Assembly (NCBI GenBank): GCA_050290185.1
Contig: JBNKHE010000004.1
Location: 128,001 to 192,000 of the forward strand
Source of the DNA: Pontiella sp.
GTDB taxonomy: Bacteria > Verrucomicrobiota > Kiritimatiellia > Kiritimatiellales > Pontiellaceae
Direction: 5' to 3'
DNA: 64,000 bases
Shown: piece by piece, positions 7,401 through 15,893 of the stretch
Numbering within the stretch: position 1 is the first letter of the stretch
Layout of the letters: the number at the start of each line of letters is the position of its first letter
Notes under the pieces: model-generated
The model's input: only the letters and a program-made list of their open reading frames with translations
What the model was told of the DNA's origin: nothing
The model's database searches: none
Position numbers and translations under genes: made by a program

Positions 7401-8871
7401 CATGCTGGATGCAGAAACCAAGGGACTCCGCAACCAGCTGAAACTCGAGCAGCAATCCAGCGAACAACTCCGCCAGAAGTTGGAAGAAATCGGAAAAGAA
7501 AAGCAGACCGTAGAGAACAACCTCGAAATCCGCACACAGGATCTCGCCAAAGCAGCACGTGAATACCGCAAGGTGGTTGATGCCTACAAGGGATCGCAGG
7601 AGAAACTCAAGCTGCTGACCGAAACGCAGGAGGCAACCCTCGCCCAGCACACGAAGGATACTAGGAATAAACTTGAACAGCTACGCGGTGTTGAGGCCGG
7701 ATTGAACAAGGAAATCCAGAAGCTTCAGGCCCAGATCAACGACCAGCAGCAGCGTATAGAAGCCCTGACCGGAAACCTGAAAGACGAAACAGAAAAGCGG
7801 GAGTTGGCCGTCAAGGAACTGCAGGATCTGCAAGCGCTTGTTGAAAGCGACAAGGAAAAAGCCGCCGCGCTTATCCAGGAGCAAACCAAGGCACTGCAAT
7901 CTCAGATCGAAGATCTTAAAACGAATGAAGAGCAGTTGGCGAACCAGCTTGAAAAGGCCCGGCAATCGGTTGCAAAGCGCGATGAGCTGATGGCCACGAT
8001 GAAGACCGAGCGGGAGCAGGCCAATACCCGGATCAAGGAAGTGGAACACCAGTTGGCAGGCATCCGCGAAGAGCATCAGGCTGAACTCAAGAAATCAATG
8101 GCTGAAATCAAACAGATCAGCCAGCTTAACAGCGTGCTGGTTGATGAACTTAACGAGACCTTGCAGAACACACTCAACCCCGTGGTTAAAACAACGATTC
8201 TCTTGGAAAAGGCTGAGAATCTGTCGCCGGAGCAGAAGCAGGATATAGCGAAGGCCAACCAGAGTTGCCGCAGTATCATCGATATGATGAACTATCGTTG
8301 TGAGCTTACCCACATCGCAGACGGCTCCGACAAAATGCGGGTGGGATGCTGCGATCTGCACGGGCTCATCACCGATATCGACCAACAGTTCAGTCACCGC
8401 GCAGACACCAAGAAACTTTTCTTTGCCGTCAGCTTTGCGCAATACCAGGCGGCCCATAATGTACCCAAACAAGTTGAAACGGATGAGCTCAAGATCCGCA
8501 AGACGCTTTCGATTCTGATTGGCTATGCTATCGAAAAGACGGAAAAAGGACGTCTGGGGCTGCATGCCACCCGTAAATCCAGCACGGATGAAACTGCACA
8601 TATCGCATTCGAACTGGCCTATACAGGCAAGGAAAGCCAGGATGAGTTGTTAGACTCGATATTTGGTGATACGAAGGAAGGCAATGATGTCGTGGACGTC
8701 CAATACGGACTCACGCTTGCACGCCACTACATCAGCATGCTCGGAGGTGAGTTCACACTCGAATACAGATCAGGTGGAATCACGGCGTTGACTCTGCAGT
8801 TCCCCTTCAAAAAGGTGGGCTCTGAAGTCATTGCATCCGAAAGCGACGAAAAAGAGGCTGGCGCAGCCTAG
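4408..8871 (+). CDS. Membrane-anchored multi-PAS protein with a very long coiled coil and a degenerate HisKA/HATPase (pseudo-histidine kinase) C-terminus
   Basis: TM LLLGLLLVFSLIMFFIF; PAS motifs (YVNNAM..VHPEDRPRF..DIS; LNALPADVHVKDTRCRYLYAS..EISDRK); about 750 aa of E/Q/K/L heptads; kinase-like tail (VETDELKIRKTLSILIGYAIEKT, YGLTLARHYISMLGGEF) without the H, N and G box residues. Confidence 0.85.
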   Translation: MKKQTRFACFLGQGKFLGAMATLFLCPAASHAAMTDGPIQLSVPTYLLLGLLLVFSLIMFFIFQRRFNNTRHELRDITTELDTTRARLAETNRELECTQKDLKATTNRYQGILFDASVGMFQIGLDGQCTYVNNAMNELSGLYLKKAQQEGIVSAVHPEDRPRFENAWKAFVDNDESFLQEFRLQRKLGRELTEVHVSCRVSKVLNAKKEVESYIGWITDISSLHQRQQEEQIRTRRYHQFVNETLEGHYRLMTDQPIPITSSASKMADEIMEKMELIDCNSTFAALYGSKTDELEGKGISDLNGGCGPFKNKQDVIDFVEAGYKTVHAESVKQDSSGTRLNLINDVVGIIEDNKLVGIWGAQRNISHQKREMAEMTSQMHFMHRILNALPADVHVKDTRCRYLYASKKLADRTGISQEEWIGKTIHEVIPGTSRDHDQRAIDTMKSGKLNRIERPYEARGKSGWMETVQIPLVSDDGLVEGVVALSFEISDRKNKEAVARQKYMDLETVLKQTRGDLNQTRNEYNKTTTALSEALQKLKVIEAEKANREYEYKQHLEERKRTENNLRRNEEGLLARQRQLEEQLAKRLSELESETDKRKKWEELLSIRDEELHKAETLAKELEQQLSEAEDFLKSTQEQLIHITDQHASEFEKEAAARAAAAERLALVLQQLEQSDAKWKGEIEAIHSQHKSSINTESNARTTAEKQLAKTEKLLQKTQQEIQQMAERHSKELEEEVAERKSAAEKLIHSMEELDELRQQFNDRLDEETKLIKQELAQKQIREKALRQHEKDLEERIKELESTLQMKSREFSEQIQAREGAEVQKKQIEQRLEQMTKRQQELVARETQKLQLHIAEIRLEEVKLRKASGDIQREKEALEEILQTRSNELEKATEKQRGTEALLNETKSQLQQLSDHQDKLIASETEALRVQLVEVNRHGEELQQQLKQLQLGKKELEGSLADRNAQLEKIGKEYQQARSVLNETQTKLKQLADNQSSMLDAETKGLRNQLKLEQQSSEQLRQKLEEIGKEKQTVENNLEIRTQDLAKAAREYRKVVDAYKGSQEKLKLLTETQEATLAQHTKDTRNKLEQLRGVEAGLNKEIQKLQAQINDQQQRIEALTGNLKDETEKRELAVKELQDLQALVESDKEKAAALIQEQTKALQSQIEDLKTNEEQLANQLEKARQSVAKRDELMATMKTEREQANTRIKEVEHQLAGIREEHQAELKKSMAEIKQISQLNSVLVDELNETLQNTLNPVVKTTILLEKAENLSPEQKQDIAKANQSCRSIIDMMNYRCELTHIADGSDKMRVGCCDLHGLITDIDQQFSHRADTKKLFFAVSFAQYQAAHNVPKQVETDELKIRKTLSILIGYAIEKTEKGRLGLHATRKSSTDETAHIAFELAYTGKESQDELLDSIFGDTKEGNDVVDVQYGLTLARHYISMLGGEFTLEYRSGGITALTLQFPFKKVGSEVIASESDEKEAGAA

Positions 8872-8887
8872 ACTCAAGACCCCTTGC

Positions 8888-8916
8888 TTGACAGTGCCCT
8901 CATGCCCTCCTAACGT
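8888..8916 (+). promoter_or_regulatory. Sigma-70-type promoter of the GH18 gene
   Basis: TTGACA-17 nt-TAACGT, ending 7 nt before ATG 8924. Confidence 0.55.
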
Positions 8917-8923
8917 GAAGGGC

Positions 8924-9880
8924 ATGAAAAACGTACTTATCGCTCTCCTGATCTGCACTCGAATTGTGCTCTGCGCTTCAGCCCAGCCGGTCAACGAGGT
9001 GTGGGCTTATCTGATGAAAGGCGAGGAATCCTATTTCCCGGCCGCCTCGCCTATAACCGACGTCGCCTGCTTCAGCGCCGCCGTCAATGGCAATGGACAC
9101 CTTGAGGGAGGGCATCTGGCTCCCCCTGCCCTGCCGGCCAACCACCTGCGGTACCATCTCGTCGTTACGATGCCGTGGAATCCAACCCTTGCGCACATTT
9201 ATCTGGATCCGGAACTCCCTTTCCGCGACCGCATCATTGCAGACATTGTTCAACGTTCAAAACCCTACGACGGTATTCAGATTGATTTCGAGGGGGTTTC
9301 GAAAGAAGACGGCACCAACTATCTCAATTTTCTCGCCGCGGTTCGGAAGGTGTTGCCCAAAGAAAAACTGCTCAGCGTCGCGGTCATGGCTCGCTGGGCG
9401 GAACATAAGGCCAGCAACCCTGCGGACGCCTATGATTACGCCGTCATAAACCTGATTGCGGACCGCATCGTTGTCATGGCCTACGACGAGCACTACCGTG
9501 GAGGTCCGGCCGGCTCCATTGCATCATTGCCCTGGTGCAAAAAAGTCTATGACTACGCTCAGAAAACCATAGACCCGAACAAACTGGTCATGGGCATTCC
9601 GCTATACGGCCGTAGCTGGCAGAAGGATAAAACCGTGCACGCCTATCGCAACCCCGAAGTCTGGACCGATCTCCGCATCCGGCAGACCGAGCTGACCTCT
9701 GATCCGGAAAACGGCGGCACCTACTCCTACACCACCAACGTTACCATCGCGGTCCATTTCGAAACACTTCCTTCGCTCGATGCAAAAATGGAACTCTATG
9801 CATCAAAGCCTACTCGCGGAATCGCCTTTTGGCGTATCAGTCAGGAGCCGCTGAATTTCTGGGATCACATAGCGAAATAG
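8924..9880 (+). CDS. Glycoside hydrolase family 18 protein (secreted, YaaH/SleL/chitinase-like)
   Basis: Signal peptide; DGIQIDFE catalytic motif; VMAYDEH; LVMGIPLYGRSW; GIAFWR. Confidence 0.88.
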   Translation: MKNVLIALLICTRIVLCASAQPVNEVWAYLMKGEESYFPAASPITDVACFSAAVNGNGHLEGGHLAPPALPANHLRYHLVVTMPWNPTLAHIYLDPELPFRDRIIADIVQRSKPYDGIQIDFEGVSKEDGTNYLNFLAAVRKVLPKEKLLSVAVMARWAEHKASNPADAYDYAVINLIADRIVVMAYDEHYRGGPAGSIASLPWCKKVYDYAQKTIDPNKLVMGIPLYGRSWQKDKTVHAYRNPEVWTDLRIRQTELTSDPENGGTYSYTTNVTIAVHFETLPSLDAKMELYASKPTRGIAFWRISQEPLNFWDHIAK

Positions 9881-9935
9881 CTACACCAACCGCCCCGTAT
9901 CATGTATAAAACCTTCGTTACGAAGGAGGTACTTC

Positions 9936-10124
9936 ATGAAAATGGAAGATATGATCCGGATCATCGCCGGCTCGTTCATTCTCATCTCACTAGCACTCGC
10001 CCGCTACGTGAATCCCAACTGGATTTGGTTCACCGTATTCGTCGGCGCCAATCTGTTGCAATCCGGTATCACCAAATGGTGCCTCATGGAAAAGATCCTC
10101 GCCAAGCTTGGCGTGCAAAAGTGA
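9936..10124 (+). CDS. DUF2892 (YgaP-like) small membrane protein
   Basis: IRIIAG..FVGANLLQSGITKWCLM pattern; RBS AAGGAGG. Confidence 0.85.
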   Translation: MKMEDMIRIIAGSFILISLALARYVNPNWIWFTVFVGANLLQSGITKWCLMEKILAKLGVQK

Positions 10125-10146
10125 CGATGGAGTCGTGAAGCGTGAT

Positions 10147-10181
10147 AAAAAAAACCGGTGGCTGGACATCCATGCCACCGG
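10147..10181 (-). terminator. Intrinsic terminator of purD-purE
   Basis: CCGGTGGC..GCCACCGG stem followed by T8 on the minus strand. Confidence 0.75.
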
Positions 10182-10206
10182 ATATTCACGCCTCAAACGT
10201 CACGGA

Positions 10207-10722
10207 TCAGGCTTCAAGCTCCGCTTGGAGCTCCGCATCGGCCTTGAGCACTTCCGCAGCCATGCTTTTCTTATAGGCGGTCAGCTTGCGCTTCAGCGAG
10301 GCATCGGACAACGCCATAATCTGCACCGCCAGAATCGCGGCATTGATCGCTCCGGCCTTGCCGATCGCAACGGTCGCCACCGGCACGCCCTTGGGCATCT
10401 GAACGGTGGAAAGCAATGAATCCATGCCGTCCAGGGCCCAGCCCTTGACCGGAATACCGATGACCGGAAGGATCGTATGCCCCGCCAGCACACCGGAAAG
10501 ATGCGCCGCCCCGCCCGCCGCGCCGATCACGACCTTGTAGCCGTTTTTCGCGGCGTTTTCTGCAAACTCGCAGGCTTCGTGCGGCGTGCGGTGCGCCGAC
10601 ATGATCTTGACGGTTGATTCGACGCCAAACTCTTTCAGCGTATTGTAGGTATATTCCAATACAGGCCAGTCGGATTTGCTGCCCATCACGATGGCTACGG
10701 TTGGTTTTTTCTTTGCTGCCAT
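10207..10722 (-). CDS. purE: N5-CAIR mutase
   Basis: VMGSKSD, SAHRTP, AGGAAHL, STVQMPKGVPVATVAIG. Confidence 0.97.
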   Translation of the reverse strand: MAAKKKPTVAIVMGSKSDWPVLEYTYNTLKEFGVESTVKIMSAHRTPHEACEFAENAAKNGYKVVIGAAGGAAHLSGVLAGHTILPVIGIPVKGWALDGMDSLLSTVQMPKGVPVATVAIGKAGAINAAILAVQIMALSDASLKRKLTAYKKSMAAEVLKADAELQAELEA

Positions 10723-10725
10723 GAA

Positions 10726-12027
10726 TTACCTCTCTTCTTTGTTTACATCGAAATTCATGCGCTTCAGTTCACGGTGCGCGATATCGTTACGGTAGAACGC
10801 ATCCTTAAAGCTGATCGTTTCCACGGCGATGTAGGCCTTGGATAACGCATCCGGCAAATCCTTGCCAAGCGAAGTGATGCCAAGCACACGTCCCCCCGCC
10901 GTTACCACCTTGCCATCCTGCAAAGCGGTCCCGGCATGGAATACCACAGTATCGTCCACAGCATTGGCCTTGTCCAGATTCTCGATCTCGTCGCCTTTGT
11001 TGTAATCGCCGGGATAGCCGCCTGCCACCATGACGACGCAGACACTGTGCTCAGGCTTCCAGCTGATCAGGTCATCGGAGAGGTTGCCATCGATGACGGC
11101 GTTGATCGCCGGCAGCATGTCGCCTTCCCAGCGGGCCAGCACGGCCTGCGTTTCGGGATCGCCAAACCGGCAGTTGAACTCCACTACGCTCGGCTGGTCG
11201 TTGTCGATCATCAGCCCGGCGTAAAGCACGCCTTTATAGGTGATTCCACGTTTCTTCAGCTCGGCCAGCGTGCGGTCGTAGACTTCTTCCTTCACTTTTT
11301 TCAACACGGTTTCATTTACGATCGATGCCGGAGAATAGGCGCCCATACCGCCGGTATTCGGTCCCTGATCTTTCTCGAAAATGCGTTTATGATCCTGCGA
11401 CGAGGCCAGCATCACCACGTTTTCACCGTCGATCAGCGCCAGGATGGAGGCTTCTTCGCCAACGAGGAAATCCTCGATAACCACGCGGCTTCCGGCATCG
11501 CCAAAGGCATTCCCTTCGAGGGCATCGCGGATGGCTTCTTCGGCCTGCTCGACCGTTTCGGCCACCGTTACGCCCTTGCCTGCAGCCAGCCCGTCTGCCT
11601 TGATGACGATCGGTGCACCGCGTTCGCGGACATAGGCACAGGCAGTATCGGGATCGGAAAAGGTTTCATAGGCCGAAGTCGGAACGCCACCGGCCTTCAT
11701 CACTTCTTTGGCAAATTGCTTGCTGCCCTCCAGCTCAGCGGCCGCCTTGCTGGGACCGAATACGCGAATGCCATCGGCTTCCAGTATATCAGTCAGTCCG
11801 GCGCACAGCGGGACTTCCGGGCCGATGACCACCAGATCGGGCCTGTTTTCGGCGCACCACGCCTTGATGCCTTCAAGATCGGTTGCCCCAAAAGAAAGGT
11901 TTGTTCCCAAGGCTGCCGTTCCGGCATTGCCAGGCGTGCAAAAAATCTGCGGCTGCGCGCTGTCGTTTGCTAGTTTCCAGGCCAACGTATGTTCGCGCCC
12001 GCCATTGCCTACCACCAATATCTTCAT
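10726..12027 (-). CDS. purD: Phosphoribosylamine-glycine ligase
   Basis: GNGGREH, VIKADGLAAGKGV, QDHKR..GPNTGGMGAY, EFNCRFGDPE; GTG start with AGGAG RBS. Confidence 0.97.
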   Translation of the reverse strand: MKILVVGNGGREHTLAWKLANDSAQPQIFCTPGNAGTAALGTNLSFGATDLEGIKAWCAENRPDLVVIGPEVPLCAGLTDILEADGIRVFGPSKAAAELEGSKQFAKEVMKAGGVPTSAYETFSDPDTACAYVRERGAPIVIKADGLAAGKGVTVAETVEQAEEAIRDALEGNAFGDAGSRVVIEDFLVGEEASILALIDGENVVMLASSQDHKRIFEKDQGPNTGGMGAYSPASIVNETVLKKVKEEVYDRTLAELKKRGITYKGVLYAGLMIDNDQPSVVEFNCRFGDPETQAVLARWEGDMLPAINAVIDGNLSDDLISWKPEHSVCVVMVAGGYPGDYNKGDEIENLDKANAVDDTVVFHAGTALQDGKVVTAGGRVLGITSLGKDLPDALSKAYIAVETISFKDAFYRNDIAHRELKRMNFDVNKEER

Positions 12028-12124
12028 TCACTTGCTCCTTGATAAAACCCAATCCTCCACGGCACATTCATTCTTTATTGAAAACCGTAGACGCGCATTC
12101 TGTTGCGGCCTTGGAAGCTATCAG

Positions 12125-13159
12125 ATGAAAACAGACCTGTTCAACTATGATCTACCGCCGGAGCTCATCGCCCAGCATCCGCCTAAACGGCGCGAGCTGG
12201 CCCGCATGATGGTGCTCCATCGCGAAAGCGGCAAAATCGAGCATAAATCCATCACCGCCATCCCCGACTATCTCCACGCGCCCGACGTGCTGGTCCTCAA
12301 TAATACAAAGGTCATCCCGGCCCGCATTTTCGGTCACAAGGCTTCCTCCGGCGGCAAAGTCGAATTGTTGCTGCTCGAAGAAGCCTCACCGGGCGAGTGG
12401 AAGGTCCTGATGAAAACATCGCGCCGGCCGAAAATCGGCGATGAACTGGTTCTCTGTTCCGGCAAGGCCCGCGCCACGATGCTCTACGACGGGGAACAAG
12501 GCGAAGCAGTATTGAAAGTCGAATCCGAGCGGCCGTTGATGGAAATCCTCGACGAAGAGGGAGTCCCCCCCCTGCCCCCCTATATTGCCCGCAAGGAGCA
12601 GACGCGCGAACAGATTGCTGTTGATAAGGAGCGCTACCAGACCGTCTACGCCTCCGCTCCCGGCGCCGCCGCTGCACCGACTGCCGGACTGCACTTTACT
12701 CCGGAGTTGCTCGGCATACTAGGAGACAAAGGAATCAAAAAAGCCGAACTGACACTCCATGTCGGCCTCGGCACCTTCCGTCCCGTTTCGGCGGAACTCA
12801 TCACCGAGCACGAAATGCACCACGAGCGTTATGCGATCTCCCCCACCGCCGCCGAAACGATCAACACCGCAAAACAAGCCGGAGGCCGCGTCGTCGCCGT
12901 CGGCTCCACCTCGGTGCGGACGCTGGAATCCGTGGATCCGATTCACGAGGCCGAAGGCTCGACCAACATCTTCATCTACCCGCCCTACGACTTCAAAAAC
13001 GTCGATGTCATCCTCACCAACTTCCATCTGCCCAAATCGACATTATTAATGATGATGTCCGCCTTCGCCGGCCGCGAGCTGATGATGAAAGCCTATGAAA
13101 CCGCTGTCCGGGAAAAATATCGCTTCTTCAGCTACGGCGATTGTATGCTGATTCTTTAA
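12125..13159 (+). CDS. queA: S-adenosylmethionine:tRNA ribosyltransferase-isomerase
   Basis: LPPELIAQ, PLPPYI, YQTVYA, AAPTAGLHFT, TNFHLPKSTL, YRFFSYGD. Confidence 0.97.
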   Translation: MKTDLFNYDLPPELIAQHPPKRRELARMMVLHRESGKIEHKSITAIPDYLHAPDVLVLNNTKVIPARIFGHKASSGGKVELLLLEEASPGEWKVLMKTSRRPKIGDELVLCSGKARATMLYDGEQGEAVLKVESERPLMEILDEEGVPPLPPYIARKEQTREQIAVDKERYQTVYASAPGAAAAPTAGLHFTPELLGILGDKGIKKAELTLHVGLGTFRPVSAELITEHEMHHERYAISPTAAETINTAKQAGGRVVAVGSTSVRTLESVDPIHEAEGSTNIFIYPPYDFKNVDVILTNFHLPKSTLLMMMSAFAGRELMMKAYETAVREKYRFFSYGDCMLIL

Positions 13160-13256
13160 AACTGGGACTTGAAAGCACCCCTGTCCTTTCGTATTAAAAA
13201 CGACCGTTTTTCGTAAACAATCCCAATTCTGGGCATTAACACAGGAGATTATTGAT

Positions 13257-15119
13257 ATGGCTAAAAAGACGATGAAGTTTAAGACCGAGTTGGAGCAACT
13301 GCTGCATCTGATCACCCATTCGCTTTATTCCCACCGCGAGGTGTTCCTGCGGGAGCTGATTTCCAATGCCTGCGACGCCATCGACAAGGTGCGCTTCGAA
13401 GGTCTTAACAATGAGGAGATCCTGGAAGGCCACTCCGACTGGAAGATTACCATCAAGGCTGACGCGGATGCCAAAACACTGACCATTTCGGATAACGGCA
13501 TCGGCATGTCGAAGGAGCAGGTCATCGAAAACCTCGGAACCATCGCCCACTCCGGCACCAAGGCCTTTCTGGCCAAGGCCAAGGAAGCCGATCTCGCAAA
13601 CAATCCGGAGCTGATCGGTCAGTTCGGCGTTGGCTTCTACGCCTCCTTCATGGTGGCCGACGACGTGACCGTGGTTACCAAAGCCCATGGCGAAGATGCC
13701 GTTAAATGGGAATCCAAAGGAACCGGAAGCTTTACCCTCTCCGACGCCGACAAGGAAAGTCGCGGAACCGACATCACCCTCCACCTCAAAGAAGATGCGG
13801 CGGAATACCTCGAAGAGTGGACCATACGCTCCACGGTAAAGAAGTTCTCCGACTTCCTCGAACATCCGGTTGTTCTCCTCAAGAAAGTGAAGGACGAGGA
13901 AACGGAAATCGAAGAAGAGAAGGAAGAGCAGATCAATACCCAGAAGGCGATCTGGTTGCGGCCCAAGAACGAAATCACAGACGAGGAATACGGCGAGTTC
14001 TATAAGCACATCTCGCACGACATGAACAACCCCGCCGAAACCATCCACTACAACGCCGAAGGCGCGATCGAGTTCAAAGCCCTGCTCTTCATCCCCGAAG
14101 CCAAGCCCTTCGACATGATGATGAACAACGATCCGAAGGCGCATCTGAACCTCTATGTCCAGCGCGTATTCATCTCCAACGAGTTCGACAACCTGTTGCC
14201 GGGCTACCTGCGATTCGTCAAAGGCGTGGTCGACTCCTCCGACCTTCCGCTCAACGTCTCGCGCGAAATCCTGCAGGATAATCCGTTGCTGGACAAGATC
14301 CGCAAGAACCTCGTCGGCCGGGTGCTGAAGACCTTGGCCAACATGAAGAAGAAGGACTACAAGGAGTTTGAAATCTTCCATACTAATTTCAGCTCCATCC
14401 TTAAGGAAGGCCTGCAGACCGACTGGGAAAACAAGGAAAAGATTGCCGACCTCCTGCTGTTTGAAACCACCGCCAAGCCCGCAGGTGAAAAGACCTGTTT
14501 CGCCGACTATGTTGAAAACATGGCGGAAGGCCAGGAAGAGATCCTCTACCTCGCCGGGGAAAACCGTACAGCCATCGAAAACGCGCCCTATCTCGAAGCC
14601 TTCAAGGCCGAGGGCAAGGAAGTGCTGCTCATGACCGATCCGATCGACGACTTTGTTATTCCGCAGCTGATGGAATACAAGGGCAAAAAGCTCAAGGCCG
14701 TCAACAAGGGTGAGATCGACGAGGACAAGGACAAGCTCAAGGAAGAGGAAAAACAGTTCGAAGGCCTGATTGGCTTTGCCAAGGATCTGCTCTCTGGCGT
14801 CAAGGAAGTCAAGCTGACGACCCGCCTCAAGGACAGCGCCGCCTGTCTGGTCGGCGACGAATATTCCATGAGCCCGCACATCGAGGAAATGATGCGCCGC
14901 ATGGGCCAGGAAGTCCCGCCGCGCGAGAGCGTGCTCGAACTCAACCCGGAACATGCCGTTGTTAAAAAGCTACAGGCGCTCTACGACGCCGATGCAAAAG
15001 ACCCGAAGGTCGAAACGCTGACAAAGCTCCTTCACGATCAGGCGGTCATTGCCTCCGGCGCCAAGCTCGACGATCCGGCCGGCTTCGCCACCCGCCTCAA
15101 TGCGGTCCTGGCCGACTAG
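13257..15119 (+). CDS. htpG: Hsp90 chaperone
   Basis: FLRELISNACDA, DNGIGM, IGQFGVGFYA, GVVDSSDLPLNVSREILQ. Confidence 0.97.
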   Translation: MAKKTMKFKTELEQLLHLITHSLYSHREVFLRELISNACDAIDKVRFEGLNNEEILEGHSDWKITIKADADAKTLTISDNGIGMSKEQVIENLGTIAHSGTKAFLAKAKEADLANNPELIGQFGVGFYASFMVADDVTVVTKAHGEDAVKWESKGTGSFTLSDADKESRGTDITLHLKEDAAEYLEEWTIRSTVKKFSDFLEHPVVLLKKVKDEETEIEEEKEEQINTQKAIWLRPKNEITDEEYGEFYKHISHDMNNPAETIHYNAEGAIEFKALLFIPEAKPFDMMMNNDPKAHLNLYVQRVFISNEFDNLLPGYLRFVKGVVDSSDLPLNVSREILQDNPLLDKIRKNLVGRVLKTLANMKKKDYKEFEIFHTNFSSILKEGLQTDWENKEKIADLLLFETTAKPAGEKTCFADYVENMAEGQEEILYLAGENRTAIENAPYLEAFKAEGKEVLLMTDPIDDFVIPQLMEYKGKKLKAVNKGEIDEDKDKLKEEEKQFEGLIGFAKDLLSGVKEVKLTTRLKDSAACLVGDEYSMSPHIEEMMRRMGQEVPPRESVLELNPEHAVVKKLQALYDADAKDPKVETLTKLLHDQAVIASGAKLDDPAGFATRLNAVLAD

Positions 15120-15132
15120 CCGGATTCCTGAA

Positions 15133-15174
15133 ACACGAAGGCGCGAAGCACAACAAGCTTCGTGCCCTTCGTGT
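15133..15174. repeat. CACGAAG-type periodic hairpin between convergent genes (may act as a terminator)
   Basis: ACACGAAGGCGCGAAGC..GCTTCGTGCCCTTCGTGT inverted repeat. Confidence 0.65.
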
Positions 15175-15182
15175 CTTTCCGT

Positions 15183-15791
15183 TTAATCCTGCAGCCCGAA
15201 AAACTCCGTTGCGGCTTTCCGAACGGCCGCATGATTTTCAGGGATGAACTGGTGGGCATGGATGCCCGCGGCACGGGCGGCCTCGACATTCTCCGGCCGG
15301 TCGTCGATAAAGAAGCATTGTTCCCCGGCAACCCCCAACTGTTCCACCGTATGGCGATAGATCGCCGCATCCGGTTTTCGGACTCCGATCTGATAGGACA
15401 GGAACATTCCGGCGGCCCCATTGAAGAAACCGTTCCAGTTTTGTTGAATGGCATCGATGTGGTGCTTGGCAATATTGCTAAGCGTATAGACCGGAATTTC
15501 CGCCTGCGTAGCGCCCTCGAACAGGTTGCGCCCAACTTCATTGATCGAAAACATCCTCGACCACACCTCCGTCAGGTCATCCACCGTCCAGGAAAGTCCC
15601 TTTTCCGCATTCAGGTAGCCGACATATTCCGCATCGCTGATCACCCCCTTCTCCACCTCGTCGATCTTTTCCAGATCGCGCGCCGTAAGCGGTTCCTCCG
15701 CCCTACCTGTGCAATTGGCCACTTCCCGCAAAAAGTCCTGGGTATCGAAATTCACCAGCACATGCCCGATATCGAATAGAAAATATTTCAT
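15183..15791 (-). CDS. HAD-family phosphatase (YihX-like)
   Basis: FDIGHVL motif I, LSN, KPD, FIDDRPENV. Confidence 0.9.
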   Translation of the reverse strand: MKYFLFDIGHVLVNFDTQDFLREVANCTGRAEEPLTARDLEKIDEVEKGVISDAEYVGYLNAEKGLSWTVDDLTEVWSRMFSINEVGRNLFEGATQAEIPVYTLSNIAKHHIDAIQQNWNGFFNGAAGMFLSYQIGVRKPDAAIYRHTVEQLGVAGEQCFFIDDRPENVEAARAAGIHAHQFIPENHAAVRKAATEFFGLQD

Positions 15792-15893
15792 GCCACCACG
15801 TTTTCAGTCCCTGCCGGAAATCGCAACTCCATTCTTGTGCATCGCATGAATAATTCAGGGTAAAGTGTTTTGGGATCAACGGCAGGCGTTTCG

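Noticed and set aside
11708..12124. N-terminal extension of queA in the ORF track (similar extensions for the GH18, FAD oxidase, pseudouridine synthase and cvfB ORFs)
   Set aside because: The extensions overlap neighbouring genes or repeats; family homology starts at the downstream start codon.
13160..13256. CIRCE (HrcA) operator upstream of htpG
   Set aside because: No TTAGCACTC-N9-GAGTGCTAA match; only a possible TTGAAA-17-TATTAA promoter.
13236..14954. 572-aa minus-strand ORF (similarly 10936-11973, 21278-22333, 31391-32884, 35996-36937, 46315-47715)
   Set aside because: Each lies antisense to a well-supported gene; long shadow ORFs are expected with high GC3 codon bias.
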